The position numbers were made by a program, and so were the translations under genes. A DNA stretch of 32,000 nucleotides from Nostoc punctiforme PCC 73102 (GTDB lineage: Bacteria; Cyanobacteriota; Cyanobacteriia; Cyanobacteriales; Nostocaceae): positions 1,980,001 through 2,012,000 of the forward strand of contig NC_010628.1 of assembly GCF_000020025.1 (NCBI RefSeq), written 5' to 3'. Within the stretch, counting starts at the first letter, position 1; each line of letters opens with the position of its first letter. Under the pieces are notes generated by a model, which did no database searches, was not told the DNA's origin, and worked only from the letters and a program-made list of their open reading frames with translations. Below are positions 1-9,067 of this stretch, piece by piece.

Positions 1-386
1 TGCCTGTTAAAATTTGCTTTCCGGCTTTAGAAGGTTTAGAGTGGAGAATTGTTACAGGATGTGACTCTAAAAACAGGGCTTGGTCTTATCACAACGGTGG
101 CAACTGGCCAGTCTTACTGTGGTTATTTGCATCGGCGGCGCAGAAAGCAGGTCGAACAGAACTTGCTCAAGCAGCGATCGCTATTGCCGAAAGGCGTTTA
201 TTGAAGGATAAATTCCCTGAATATTACGATGGCAACAATGGCCGTTTAATTGGCAAAGAAGCTAGAATCAATCAAACTTGGAGCATTGCCGGATTGTTGA
301 CCGCTAAAAAGTTCGTGGAAAATCCAGATTACTTAGAATTAATCAGTTTTGCAGAGGGTCTTGAAGTCCCAGGCTGTAGCCTGTAG
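1..386 (+). CDS. Alkaline/neutral invertase (GH100 family), C-terminal fragment; the 5' end lies outside the window
   Basis: The frame starting at nt 3 is open from the window edge. It reads [51 protein letters not shown]...[29 protein letters not shown]. The SYHNGGxWP and FPEYYDG blocks are hallmark GH100 invertase motifs. Stop codon at 384-386. Confidence 0.85.
   Translation, partial: PVKICFPALEGLEWRIVTGCDSKNRAWSYHNGGNWPVLLWLFASAAQKAGRTELAQAAIAIAERRLLKDKFPEYYDGNNGRLIGKEARINQTWSIAGLLTAKKFVENPDYLELISFAEGLEVPGCSL
174..181. repeat. HIP1 octamer GCGATCGC (one example of many copies)
   Basis: Exact copies were hand-located at 174, 1809, 2721, 2839, 3823, 4270 and 4319 within the first 4.4 kb alone. 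Many more occur through the window, for example at 13285. HIP1 over-representation is a known cyanobacterial genome signature. Confidence 0.9.
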
Positions 387-430
387 GTATTTAGCGGTGT
401 CATTATCAGGGTGTCTCTACTAACTATTTT

Positions 431-458
431 CCTAGTCCCCAGCCCCCAATCCCTAGTC
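431..458. repeat. STRR-type heptamer tract (CCTAGTC CCCAGCC CCCAATC CCTAGTC)
   Basis: Four phased 7-nt units are read directly from the sequence. This is the short tandemly repeated repetitive class typical of heterocystous cyanobacteria. Confidence 0.7.
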
Positions 459-595
459 CTTAGACCTCTTATTTAATCATGAGAAGGGAAAAATAACCTC
501 AAATTCTCAAATACTCGATAACTGATACACTATATTGTAAGAGGTATCTGAAGTGTCATACTTAGTAATATCATCAGATAGTCTTTGCATCCTTA

Positions 596-611
596 ACACG
601 TTTTAACGTGT
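596..611. promoter_or_regulatory. Palindrome ACACGTT-TT-AACGTGT 8 bp upstream of the ATG at 619 (candidate operator)
   Basis: 7-bp perfect inverted arms with a 2-bp spacer, overlapping a TATAAC -10-like hexamer. No binding protein is known. Confidence 0.25.
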
Positions 612-618
612 ATAACAC

Positions 619-921
619 ATGAAAACTACTTCAGATTTAATTTCAGAATTTGAACAACTATTCAGACAAAAATTACAACTAAATAATTGTAAACTCAGAA
701 AGAAAAGACAAGAGAATAATTATGAAATTATTACTCCAGCTAAAGACATTTTTTTGATGTATTGGTCTGAATTCCCAGAAGTTAGCTTAATATATCAGGC
801 TGTAGGGGTACGCACTCAGCAGACTAGTGTTTATGAACGTGCTATCCGGTTGCACATTAGTTCTTGTTTGAGTAGTATTCAGGAGAATCCTACCTCCGAA
901 ACACCATTATTGGTAAAATAA
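619..921 (+). CDS. Hypothetical protein (100 aa), no recognisable family
   Basis: ATG-initiated ORF followed by a good intrinsic terminator (954-995). It lies in an AT-rich segment between conserved genes. I recognised no motifs. Confidence 0.45.
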   Translation: MKTTSDLISEFEQLFRQKLQLNNCKLRKKRQENNYEIITPAKDIFLMYWSEFPEVSLIYQAVGVRTQQTSVYERAIRLHISSCLSSIQENPTSETPLLVK

Positions 922-953
922 CTAATACTTAGATAACTCACATAATATTTACT

Positions 954-995
954 AAACTCTCGCCAGTTTTTGTAATATAACTGACGAGAGTTTTT
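954..995 (+). terminator. Rho-independent terminator after the 619-921 ORF
   Basis: AAACTCTCGCCAGTT (954-968) pairs with AACTGACGAGAGTTT (979-993), giving a 15-bp stem with one mismatch and a 10-nt loop. The stem runs into a T tract (991-995). Confidence 0.7.
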
Positions 996-1025
996 CACCT
1001 AAAATCTGTTGATCGAGAGATAAAA

Positions 1026-1499
1026 ATGCAATCTGAAAAAAATCAAGATCGAGATCAGCTAGATTATAAAACCTTGTTAGCCAATGCAAAGCAAGCCTTA
1101 AAACTTGAATATCATAAATCAGCCGCATTAGCTTCCCAACTGCAAACCATAAAAACTCAGTTAGAGCAAGTTCAGGCTGAAAACAAAACTCTCAAGGAAA
1201 GTGCTTATGAAGATGTAGTTAAGCACTTTGAGGCGCGGACTCAAGCAGCAGAAGCACTCGCATTAAAAACAGAAGTACGCCAAAGATTCCTTGAAGCCAA
1301 TGGTTGCAAGGATGATGAGAGCTTTGATACTCTATGGGATAGCATTAAAAATAAAATTCAGATTCAAGACGGGGAAGTGAGAATCGTTGCTCCAAATGGT
1401 ACTCCCAAATTCACCTTAACGGGTAGCATGATGACTTTGAGGGATTTTATTCAATCCCTCAAAAAAGACCCAATCTCGGAAAAATTTTTCTTGAGCTAG
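1026..1499 (+). CDS. Hypothetical coiled-coil protein (157 aa)
   Basis: ATG ORF. The N-terminal ~90 aa are heptad-like and Q/E/K/A/L rich (LASQLQTIKTQLEQVQAENKTLKE). The C-terminal ~60 aa look globular. No family recognised. Confidence 0.5.
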   Translation: MQSEKNQDRDQLDYKTLLANAKQALKLEYHKSAALASQLQTIKTQLEQVQAENKTLKESAYEDVVKHFEARTQAAEALALKTEVRQRFLEANGCKDDESFDTLWDSIKNKIQIQDGEVRIVAPNGTPKFTLTGSMMTLRDFIQSLKKDPISEKFFLS

Positions 1500-1556
1500 A
1501 AAGCCAAATTAATGAAAGGCTTTCGCTATAAGTAGACTAAAAATTGTAGCAGAAAG

Positions 1557-1739
1557 CTATTCATCTTCGTCTCCTGGCGGTCTTTCGCTCTCGCTTTGTT
1601 GGGCGTTCCACTCCAAAATAATGCGTTCCAACATCTCAGACTGCGTACAGCTATTAACATCCGCGTACATTTTAATCAACTGCCTCACTTCGGGACTAAT
1701 GTGACGGATCTCTAGTTGGTTATTTTGTAGCATGTCCAT
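1557..1739 (-). CDS. Small (60 aa) possible ribbon-helix-helix DNA-binding protein with an acidic tail
   Basis: The pattern LEIRHISPEVRQLIKMYADV...CTQSEMLERIILEW fits a strand-helix-helix (CopG/Arc-like) layout. There is no adjacent toxin-like partner. The assignment is tentative. Confidence 0.4.
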   Translation of the reverse strand: MDMLQNNQLEIRHISPEVRQLIKMYADVNSCTQSEMLERIILEWNAQQSESERPPGDEDE

Positions 1740-1862
1740 TAACTTTTAGTGTCTATTACATTATGTTGAACCATTAAACTATGTCTGTTGCAATAAATTT
1801 TGTTAATGGCGATCGCTGTCTATCCCCTGCTATGTAATTATTTTTACTTTATAAATAACCTC

Positions 1863-4800
1863 TTAACCAGGTGGGGCTGCTTCTTCAAAGGGACGAATAA
1901 TTGCAGGGGCTGGTGTTACTTCTGGTTTAAAAATTCCTTGTAAGGCTTGTTCTAAGGTTTGGGCCATGACAATCCGGTTTTCGTAAGCCACAACTACCCG
2001 CACCAAAGTTGGTAGACTATTCTGTGTGGCTTCTAAATAGATTGGCTCAACATAAAGCAGTGATTGCTCAATGGGAATCACTAATAGATTGCCTTGAATG
2101 GCTTTCGAGCCTTGGCGATTCCACAGGGAAATTTGCTGAGAAATTACCGGGTCTTGGTTGATGCGCGCCTCGATTTGCTCTGTACCGTAGACCAGCCTTT
2201 CTTTCGGAAAAGTATATAACAATAACTTACCGTAATTAACACCATCCGATCGCGCCGCTAACCAAGCGATTAAATTAGTCCGTTGTCTAGGAGTATAGGG
2301 TAGAAACAGAATAAACTCTTCTGTACGAGAGGCTGCGCCAACAACAGGTGCAGTGGGTAGACTAGTAATCAAATAGTATGGCTCTACTGGACGAGTTTCA
2401 CTACCATAGATTTCATTAGGAATCTGCCACTGGTCTTCCCGATTGTAAAATACCTGGGGATCGGTCATGTGATAGGTCATCAACCGCTCAGATTGAATTT
2501 TGAAAAAATCCACCGGATAGCGGGTATGACTGCGGAGATTAACAGGCATTGTACTGAGCGGTTTAAACATTTGGGGAAATATCCCTGACCAAGTGGCAAT
2601 GATTGGATCGTTGGGATCGGCAATATAAAAATTGACAGTGCCGTTGTAGGCATCAACTACTACTTTGATAGAATTGCGAATGTAGTTGATCCCATCGCTG
2701 CCAGTGTCTGAGTAAGGATAGCGATCGCTCGTCGTGTAGGCATCAACAATCCAGTAAAGATAACTGGGATTACTGGGGAAATCTTCATTAGCAGCAGCAG
2801 CTACTAAATAGGGATCGCTGTCAAATTTCAAAAAAGGTGCGATCGCTTGAATTCTTTGCTTGACATTTCGCCGCAGTAGCAATTTTGTCTCTGGTAAAAA
2901 GTCCTGCGTCAGCACCATCTGCCAATCTTTCAAATGCATGGCAAATAACCACCGTCGCCATGCTGAACCGATTTCCACGCCACCCAGACCATCGTAAGAG
3001 TTGTAAACATTGTCACTACCACTGGGGTAGTCTAACTCTCTAACTCTTGTGCCAGTCATTACGTAAGTATTTGCTATTTCACCGTAATAAATTCGGGGTT
3101 GACCAATGGGAATGCTTTTACGAATGGCTGCACTAGAAGTTGTGAGGGCACTACTATCATCACTAATATCTTTGACAAAATATTCTGGTAGTCCACCAGG
3201 CCCAACTGTATTAACTGGGCTAACAGTAAACCCGAAACCGTGAGTATAAATTAAATGGCGGTTAACCCATGTTTGGGCTTCCTGTGGTACAGCATTGTAG
3301 TCTAGTTCTCGCGCGGCAATCAGTACTTGCCGCCGTTCTGTTGCTTCAGCAGTTTCCTGTTTAGGTTCTGGTGGGTTTTGGGGCGCTGATGGTCGGCGTG
3401 AAGTTACATCTGTTTTCAGAGTATACCGATCAATATCGGCATCGGGGAACCGATAATATGGCCGAATTTGTTGCAGCTGACGGTTAGTTTCTAACAGAGG
3501 TCGCTGATCCCAAAGGCGGATATTCCGAATTGTCAAGTCATTCCTTTGAATATCAGCTTCAGTCAGTGTTCCTTGAGGGTTGAAGCCTCTAGAATCGATC
3601 GCTTCTAAATCGAATGCTTGGCGAGTCAAGGCGATAGTACGTTGAATGTAGGGTTGCTCTCGCTGCAACTCATTAGGTTGAACAATTAAATATTGGACTA
3701 CCGTAGGTAGAACAACGTCAGCCGCTACAACTAATACTAAATAAATCCCCAACCCGTAAAATACCAAGGGACGATACCGAGATTTGGGTTTCCAGAAAAG
3801 CGTTCGCCAAAGTAGATAAAAGGCGATCGCTACTGCCACAACACATAAAAAGGTATAAGCTGGCAACTGGGTTGTCACATCCGTATAGCTAGCACCATAA
3901 CTTACACCACGGCTAGAATACACAAGTTCATAGCGACTTTGCCAATAACTCAAAGCCACTACCAACATCAATAAACCACCCATACCGAATAAATGACGCT
4001 GCTGCTGGGGCGAAAAACCAGGGAAAATCCCCTGACTTAAACTGTCAGCCGACAAAAGATAAGTGAGAGCAACGGCGACGAAACCATACAAACATAATCC
4101 CATCAGCCAGAGTTCTAGCAGTTCCCAAACGGGTAAGGAAAATACATAAAAGCTGATATCTCGACCAAATAAAGGGTCGGTGCTGTTGAAAGGGGTGGGG
4201 TGGAAATATTGCAGTACCTTTGGCCAGTGTTGGAATAGGATGAATGCAAAACTGGGACTAAATACAACCGCGATCGCAGTTAATAAAAATTGGGGATAGA
4301 TTAAGATTGCGATCGCTACTCCCACAATTAAGCCGACATACCAGACTTGAGAGACAATCTGCCTCAAGAGTTGCCAGATTGTCTCTAGTCGAAATAGGGC
4401 AGGAATGGGTAAAATGCCCTGATTAACTGGAGAATGCCAGTAAGAAAGAGCAATTTGACCATAGTGAGCCAGCATTAATCCAATCAATAGGCTCAGTATC
4501 AGAGTTAGGAGTAATAACCCGCGCAATTTCAATTTTTTAAAGCGTTGCGGCGCAAATGTCTGGGTTTCGTTGCGTCTTGGATAATGAGGGCTGAGAAAAT
4601 TTGTGAATTTACTGGTGAGTTCTGCTTCCTCACGCTTGACTTCCTCTATCTTCAGAGACTGGGAATATTTGAGCCGTTGTGCTAAGGCAAGGTTTAGCAG
4701 TAGATAGGCAGCAGTTACCCCAGCCACAATTACCCACAAAACACCACGAGTCACCACCCTTAACAGAAATACTTGGAGATAGCCGACTTCCTGAAACCAA

Positions 4801-4892
4801 AAAATATCTGCTCCTATGCGGCAACCGAGATCCAAGAGTAGCCCCAGCCCCAAGAATAAAATTAATAGTCTAAAGCCCCATTTCCAGATCAT
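1863..4892 (-). CDS. UPF0182 family integral membrane protein (1009 aa)
   Basis: About 7 N-terminal TM segments are followed by a large soluble domain. Blocks such as [30 protein letters not shown] and [12 protein letters not shown] match my memory of UPF0182 proteins from actinobacteria and cyanobacteria. Confidence 0.8.
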   Translation of the reverse strand: MIWKWGFRLLILFLGLGLLLDLGCRIGADIFWFQEVGYLQVFLLRVVTRGVLWVIVAGVTAAYLLLNLALAQRLKYSQSLKIEEVKREEAELTSKFTNFLSPHYPRRNETQTFAPQRFKKLKLRGLLLLTLILSLLIGLMLAHYGQIALSYWHSPVNQGILPIPALFRLETIWQLLRQIVSQVWYVGLIVGVAIAILIYPQFLLTAIAVVFSPSFAFILFQHWPKVLQYFHPTPFNSTDPLFGRDISFYVFSLPVWELLELWLMGLCLYGFVAVALTYLLSADSLSQGIFPGFSPQQQRHLFGMGGLLMLVVALSYWQSRYELVYSSRGVSYGASYTDVTTQLPAYTFLCVVAVAIAFYLLWRTLFWKPKSRYRPLVFYGLGIYLVLVVAADVVLPTVVQYLIVQPNELQREQPYIQRTIALTRQAFDLEAIDSRGFNPQGTLTEADIQRNDLTIRNIRLWDQRPLLETNRQLQQIRPYYRFPDADIDRYTLKTDVTSRRPSAPQNPPEPKQETAEATERRQVLIAARELDYNAVPQEAQTWVNRHLIYTHGFGFTVSPVNTVGPGGLPEYFVKDISDDSSALTTSSAAIRKSIPIGQPRIYYGEIANTYVMTGTRVRELDYPSGSDNVYNSYDGLGGVEIGSAWRRWLFAMHLKDWQMVLTQDFLPETKLLLRRNVKQRIQAIAPFLKFDSDPYLVAAAANEDFPSNPSYLYWIVDAYTTSDRYPYSDTGSDGINYIRNSIKVVVDAYNGTVNFYIADPNDPIIATWSGIFPQMFKPLSTMPVNLRSHTRYPVDFFKIQSERLMTYHMTDPQVFYNREDQWQIPNEIYGSETRPVEPYYLITSLPTAPVVGAASRTEEFILFLPYTPRQRTNLIAWLAARSDGVNYGKLLLYTFPKERLVYGTEQIEARINQDPVISQQISLWNRQGSKAIQGNLLVIPIEQSLLYVEPIYLEATQNSLPTLVRVVVAYENRIVMAQTLEQALQGIFKPEVTPAPAIIRPFEEAAPPG

Positions 4893-5118
4893 TCCTTGGC
4901 AGCCAAATTATCTGCAAAGCCAACCTTACCGCATCAACGAAGGTATTTGATGCTTTCCCAAAAATTATTACTACTTTCCACGATAGCTGAATTCAGCAAC
5001 GCCTCAAAGTTTATATCCGAAAGTCAAAGTTTAATTTACGTGCTTTACAAAATAATTATGTTGTGTATAAGGAAGTGAACGTAAATAATTATCGTTGGGA
5101 TAAGGCAATAGGCAATAG

Positions 5119-5149
5119 ACATCTTGCAAAAGTAACTTTTGCAAGATGT
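5119..5149. repeat. Perfect palindrome ACATCTTGCAAAAGT-A-ACTTTTGCAAGATGT, with a third half-site at 5218-5229
   Basis: 15-bp perfect arms around one central base, read directly. ACTTTTGCAAGA recurs at 5218-5229. The flanks (GGATAAGG ... CCTTATCC / GGTATAAGGG) give it a MITE-like look. Confidence 0.6.
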
Positions 5150-5366
5150 TGGGGTGCATGTTTGCATGTTAGAGAGGAAGGGAAAATTCCATACCTTTAC
5201 CCCTTATCCTTTTACCCACTTTTGCAAGAAGTCTAATAGGTATAAGGGTTTTAGCCTAGTTTATTTTTCTTTACATAGTTTGATTTTATTGTACCAACCA
5301 ACTTAAACGTAAATAGGTAGTTTCAGGTTTTTACCAATCATTCTTTGATAGGAAATATACACCTAG

Positions 5367-5492
5367 ACGCTAGGGGTAATTCATGTAGATGCAAAGCGGT
5401 GAGCCATTCCTGTGGACGGGTTCCTCGGCATCAAGGAACTGGCATTAGCGTACCCCTGCACGTAGGGCTTACCGATTGCCTCTACAACAAAT
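5367..5492. mobile_element. MITE-like imperfect inverted-repeat element
   Basis: TGTAGATGCAAAGCGGTGAGCC (5384-5405) is an imperfect inverted match to GGCTTACCGATTGCCTCTACA (5466-5486). There is a central hairpin GTTCCT..AGGAAC (5420-5439). The AATTCATG / TGTAGAGGCAAT motifs are shared with the hairpin repeat at 30049-30085. Confidence 0.45.
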
Positions 5493-5748
5493 GTGGTTTT
5501 TAAAATCATCCATATTTGGTATTTCCTATAAATGCATAAGTATTATATTATTGTCCAATTTGTGCAAATCAATTCTTCAAAATGCATCGCTTAAGCACAA
5601 CTTTTTTCAAATTATTTAAATTCTTCAATACCTTATGAGGTAAGGACATTGGGGATTTGTATACGATCTCAGTGAGATTAACTAAGAACAGAGATAATAC
5701 TGCATGACTTAAGATGAATATATACTCCCATTTAAATGGATTCCCAGT

Positions 5749-7812
5749 ATGCTCTGTTGTGTGAATCCCGATTGCCAAAAACCCCTAAATCCTGATAAAA
5801 ACAACTATTGCCATAGTTGTAGAGCAGAATTAATACCCCTGCTGGGAGGTCGCTATCGTCCCACTCAGGTGTTGTCAGATGAGGGCGGATTTGGTAGAAC
5901 CTATTTGGCAGAAGATGTACACAAGCTGAATGAATGCTGTGTTGTTAAGCAATTTGCCCCAAAACTTCAGGGAACTGGGCCACTAACAAAGGCCATTGAA
6001 CTATTTAAACAAGAAGCAAGTCGACTACAAGAACTCGCCGAACATCCACAAATTCCAACTTTATTGGCTTATTTTGAGCAAAATGGCTATCTGTTTTTAG
6101 TACAGCAATTTATCGATGGGAAAAACTTGCTTAAGGAATGGGAAAGGCGCGGAAACTATAGTGAAACAGAGATTCGCGAACTTTTGCTAGATTTACTGCC
6201 CGTACTGAAGTTTATCCATGTACGGGGAGTGATTCATCGGGATATCAAACCACAAAATATTATTCGTCGTCAAAGTGACGGGCGATTAGTGCTAATCGAT
6301 TTTGGAGCCTCTAAGCAGCTGACAGTAACAGTGCAGACTAAAATGGGCACTGTTATTGGCTCACACGGTTACACTGCACTTGAACAGATGCAAGATGGCA
6401 AAGCTTACCCAGCCAGCGATTTATTCAGTTTAGGGGCGACTTGTTTTCATCTACTGACTGGAGTTCGTCCATCTCAACTGTGGGTACAACAAGGCTATAG
6501 TTGGGTTGGATCTTGGCGACAATATTTAATCAGTCCAGGTAAAGACGGCGTTTCTGTATCTATAGAGTTGGGTGAAGTTTTGGATAAGCTGTTGCAACTA
6601 GATATCCAAAAGCGTTACGAATCGGCTGATGAAGTCATCGCTGACTTGACACCTGGGCTATCACCATTGCCATCACTGCCCGTAACTGTACTTACATCAA
6701 CATTTGCATCTACTCCAGGTAACAAAAGACCATTTTCACTAAGACTAAATAACACGTTAAAAAGTCAACTGCTGTTAATTTCTAGCATTTCGGTATTGGG
6801 ATTGGCGGGAGTTTGGTATTTCCAGACTCGTCCCCATACAATGAGCGAATATTCTCCCTCTAATTCTCCGCCTACTTCTTTGCCTATTTCTTTGCCCTCA
6901 AAAAGCGATTTTCTACCCAAAGCCTTCAAGGGGCATTCCAGCGATGTGAATTCTGTAGCTTTCAGTCCTGATGGCACAACCCTTGGTAGTGCCAGTGATG
7001 ATAAGACAATCAAGCTATGGAATCTGGCCCGTGGAGAGGAAATCCACACTTTAGAAGGACATTCCAATTGGATTTGGACTGTAGCCTTCAGTCCTGATAG
7101 TAAAACCCTCGCCAGTGGTAGTGCAGACAAGACAATCAAACTGTGGAATGTGGAGACAGGAAAGTTAGTCCGCACCTTAGAGGGAAATACTGACGGAGTT
7201 ACTTCTGTAGCTTTCAGTCCTGATGGCAAAACTCTTGCCAGTGGTACTGCTAGTAAGGATATAAGAATCAAACTGTGGAATGTGAAGACAGGAAAGTTAA
7301 TCCGCACTTTAGAGGGACATACTGATGGTGTTCCATCTGTGGCTTTTAGTCCTGATGGCAAAACTCTGGCTAGTGGTAGCTGGGATAAGACAATTAAATT
7401 GTGGAATTTAAATACAGGCAAGGAAATCCGCACTTTAAAAGGAAATGCAGAGTCGATTCTTTCAGTCGCTTTTGCGCCTGATGGTGTCACCCTTGCCAGT
7501 GGCAGTAAAGACAAAACAATTAAATTGTGGAATCTAAATACAGGTAAGGAAATCCGCACTTTAAAGGGACATAAGGATAAGGTTAATTCTGTTGCCTTTT
7601 TGCCCAGTGGAACTCAAAATGGCCTTACCCTTGTCAGTGGTAGCAGTGACAAGACAATTAAACTGTGGAATCCTTTAACAGGAAAGGAAATTCGCACTTT
7701 AGATACAGGTTCTGGATATATTTATGCGATCGCTATCAGCCCAGATGGAGAAACTATTGCCGGTGGTGGAAGTGGTGAAAACATTCTCAAGATTTGGCAG
7801 CCGATTCACTGA
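5749..7812 (+). CDS. Ser/Thr protein kinase with an N-terminal 4-Cys zinc-ribbon prefix, one TM segment and a 7-blade WD40 propeller (687 aa)
   Basis: Zinc-ribbon prefix: CVNPDCQKPLNPDKNNYCHSCRAEL. Hanks kinase motifs: GGFGRTY, VVKQF, HRDIKPQNII, DFGASK. TM segment: LLLISSISVLGLAGVWYF. This is followed by seven GHxxxVxSVAFSPDGKTLASGSxDKTIKLWN repeats. Confidence 0.92.
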   Translation: MLCCVNPDCQKPLNPDKNNYCHSCRAELIPLLGGRYRPTQVLSDEGGFGRTYLAEDVHKLNECCVVKQFAPKLQGTGPLTKAIELFKQEASRLQELAEHPQIPTLLAYFEQNGYLFLVQQFIDGKNLLKEWERRGNYSETEIRELLLDLLPVLKFIHVRGVIHRDIKPQNIIRRQSDGRLVLIDFGASKQLTVTVQTKMGTVIGSHGYTALEQMQDGKAYPASDLFSLGATCFHLLTGVRPSQLWVQQGYSWVGSWRQYLISPGKDGVSVSIELGEVLDKLLQLDIQKRYESADEVIADLTPGLSPLPSLPVTVLTSTFASTPGNKRPFSLRLNNTLKSQLLLISSISVLGLAGVWYFQTRPHTMSEYSPSNSPPTSLPISLPSKSDFLPKAFKGHSSDVNSVAFSPDGTTLGSASDDKTIKLWNLARGEEIHTLEGHSNWIWTVAFSPDSKTLASGSADKTIKLWNVETGKLVRTLEGNTDGVTSVAFSPDGKTLASGTASKDIRIKLWNVKTGKLIRTLEGHTDGVPSVAFSPDGKTLASGSWDKTIKLWNLNTGKEIRTLKGNAESILSVAFAPDGVTLASGSKDKTIKLWNLNTGKEIRTLKGHKDKVNSVAFLPSGTQNGLTLVSGSSDKTIKLWNPLTGKEIRTLDTGSGYIYAIAISPDGETIAGGGSGENILKIWQPIH

Positions 7813-8255
7813 AAAATGCAATGATTTTTACAGCAATTGATAGATAACACAATACAAATTTTAGTATAAATATTAATTATGGGTATGCACATTTGCAGCA
7901 TTAAATTCCCACACAAAAATGTCAAGTAAAGTCTATAAAATCATCCCGCATTTATTTATTAAGCGTACCTCTAACCAGAATTACTGTATTTTCTGCCTTC
8001 AATTATCAACATCTGTCATAGCTGAAGAGGTAATTTTTTCTTCTGTAATCGAGCTAGTTTTAATGCGATCGCTGACTTCATTATTGCCTAATTTAATAGG
8101 CTCGGTAATATAATCTATACCAAAATGCTTATTTAATCGATCGCAAATGCAACTTTAAGCTGATTTATATTTGCAGCTAAAGATTGATGCTGGCGTTGTC
8201 AAAACTTAATATGCTTTAACTATTAGTTGTAGCAATTCAATTGAGGAATGTGATC

Positions 8256-8555
8256 GTGAAACGCTTTAATGTCTCCAAAATTCTAGGAAGTACTGTTCTA
8301 GCTCTAAGTTTGGCTACCTTACCCACAGTTATGCCTGCTTCTGCTCAGACAACAACAGCTCCTGATGGTACTGTTACAAACACTACTACAGACCGCGCTG
8401 CTACCGATAGAAATTATCAAGATGGGGATTGGGGTTTGTTGGGCTTGCTCGGTTTATTTGGTTTATTTGGTCGCAAGAACCGCAAAGCTGGTGATAATGT
8501 AGCTTATCGTGACCCTAATGTAGTCGGCTCCTCTGGCTCCCGTTCTAACTATTAA
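8256..8555 (+). CDS. Small secreted protein with a WGxxGxxG-type glycine-zipper/hydrophobic segment followed by a basic patch
   Basis: The ORF track starts at TTG 8241. I prefer GTG 8256, which sits 8 nt after a GAGGA Shine-Dalgarno sequence. Signal peptide: KRFNVSKILGSTVLALSLATLPTVMPASA|QT. It is followed by a T-rich linker, then DWGLLGLLGLFGLFGRKNRK. Confidence 0.6.
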   Translation: MKRFNVSKILGSTVLALSLATLPTVMPASAQTTTAPDGTVTNTTTDRAATDRNYQDGDWGLLGLLGLFGLFGRKNRKAGDNVAYRDPNVVGSSGSRSNY

Positions 8556-8604
8556 TAATGAGTTGAATTTTAATTTCGCGTAAGTCTTAAAAATTATTAC
8601 GGGT

Positions 8605-8636
8605 AAAGCCTGCTGATGCAGGCTTTGTTTCTATGT
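8605..8636 (+). terminator. Rho-independent terminator after the 8256-8555 gene
   Basis: AAAGCCTGC (8605-8613), loop TGAT, GCAGGCTTT (8618-8626), followed by the T-rich run GTTTCTATGTTT. Confidence 0.7.
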
Positions 8637-8819
8637 TTAAATAACTCCAACCCTTAGGGAGTAAAAACGTATCAAGTTTCCTTGCTTCAGTTGTTAATTA
8701 GGGATTTTCCAAAAATACAATTGGCGAACAAAACAGCACCCTGACACTTCTAATTTTAGCCATTTTCGTGCAAACTTAGTAAAGTTAGTTAATGGTCATT
8801 AGTTATAATTTAAATAGAA

Positions 8820-9014
8820 ATGGAAGATTCAGTATTTATTATATTTCTTTCCTTTGGATTTATTTGGGTTTTGATGGGAGTTGTAGGTTGGATTGCATTT
8901 CTAAAATCTGAGGGTGAAGAAATTAAGTTTGGTAAATGGGGACTGATAGTTGCTATTCCAATCTTAATTCCAATAATTTTTACTTTGATTATTGGTGTTC
9001 TTTATCAAAGGTAA
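8820..9014 (+). CDS. Possible small two-TM membrane protein (64 aa)
   Basis: ATG ORF with two clear hydrophobic helices (VFIIFLSFGFIWVLMGVVGWIAF and LIVAIPILIPIIFTLIIGVL). A TATAAT lies at 8806-8811, so the mRNA may be leaderless. No family recognised. Confidence 0.35.
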   Translation: MEDSVFIIFLSFGFIWVLMGVVGWIAFLKSEGEEIKFGKWGLIVAIPILIPIIFTLIIGVLYQR

Positions 9015-9067
9015 AAACTGTAATTCTATCGTAATATTTATGTTAATTGCAGGTAAGCCTAAGTAGT

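Noticed and set aside
4630-5778. ORFs 4630-4824, 4679-4873, 4896-5078 and 5569-5778.
   Set aside because: The first two overlap the UPF0182 N-terminus. The others lie in the repeat-rich divergent promoter region, have no ribosome-binding site or motif support, and one overlaps the kinase start.
6765-7559. 264-aa antisense ORF opposite the WD40 repeats.
   Set aside because: It is an artefact of a repeated sequence that lacks stops on the opposite strand. The sense strand encodes a clear WD40 propeller contiguous with the kinase.
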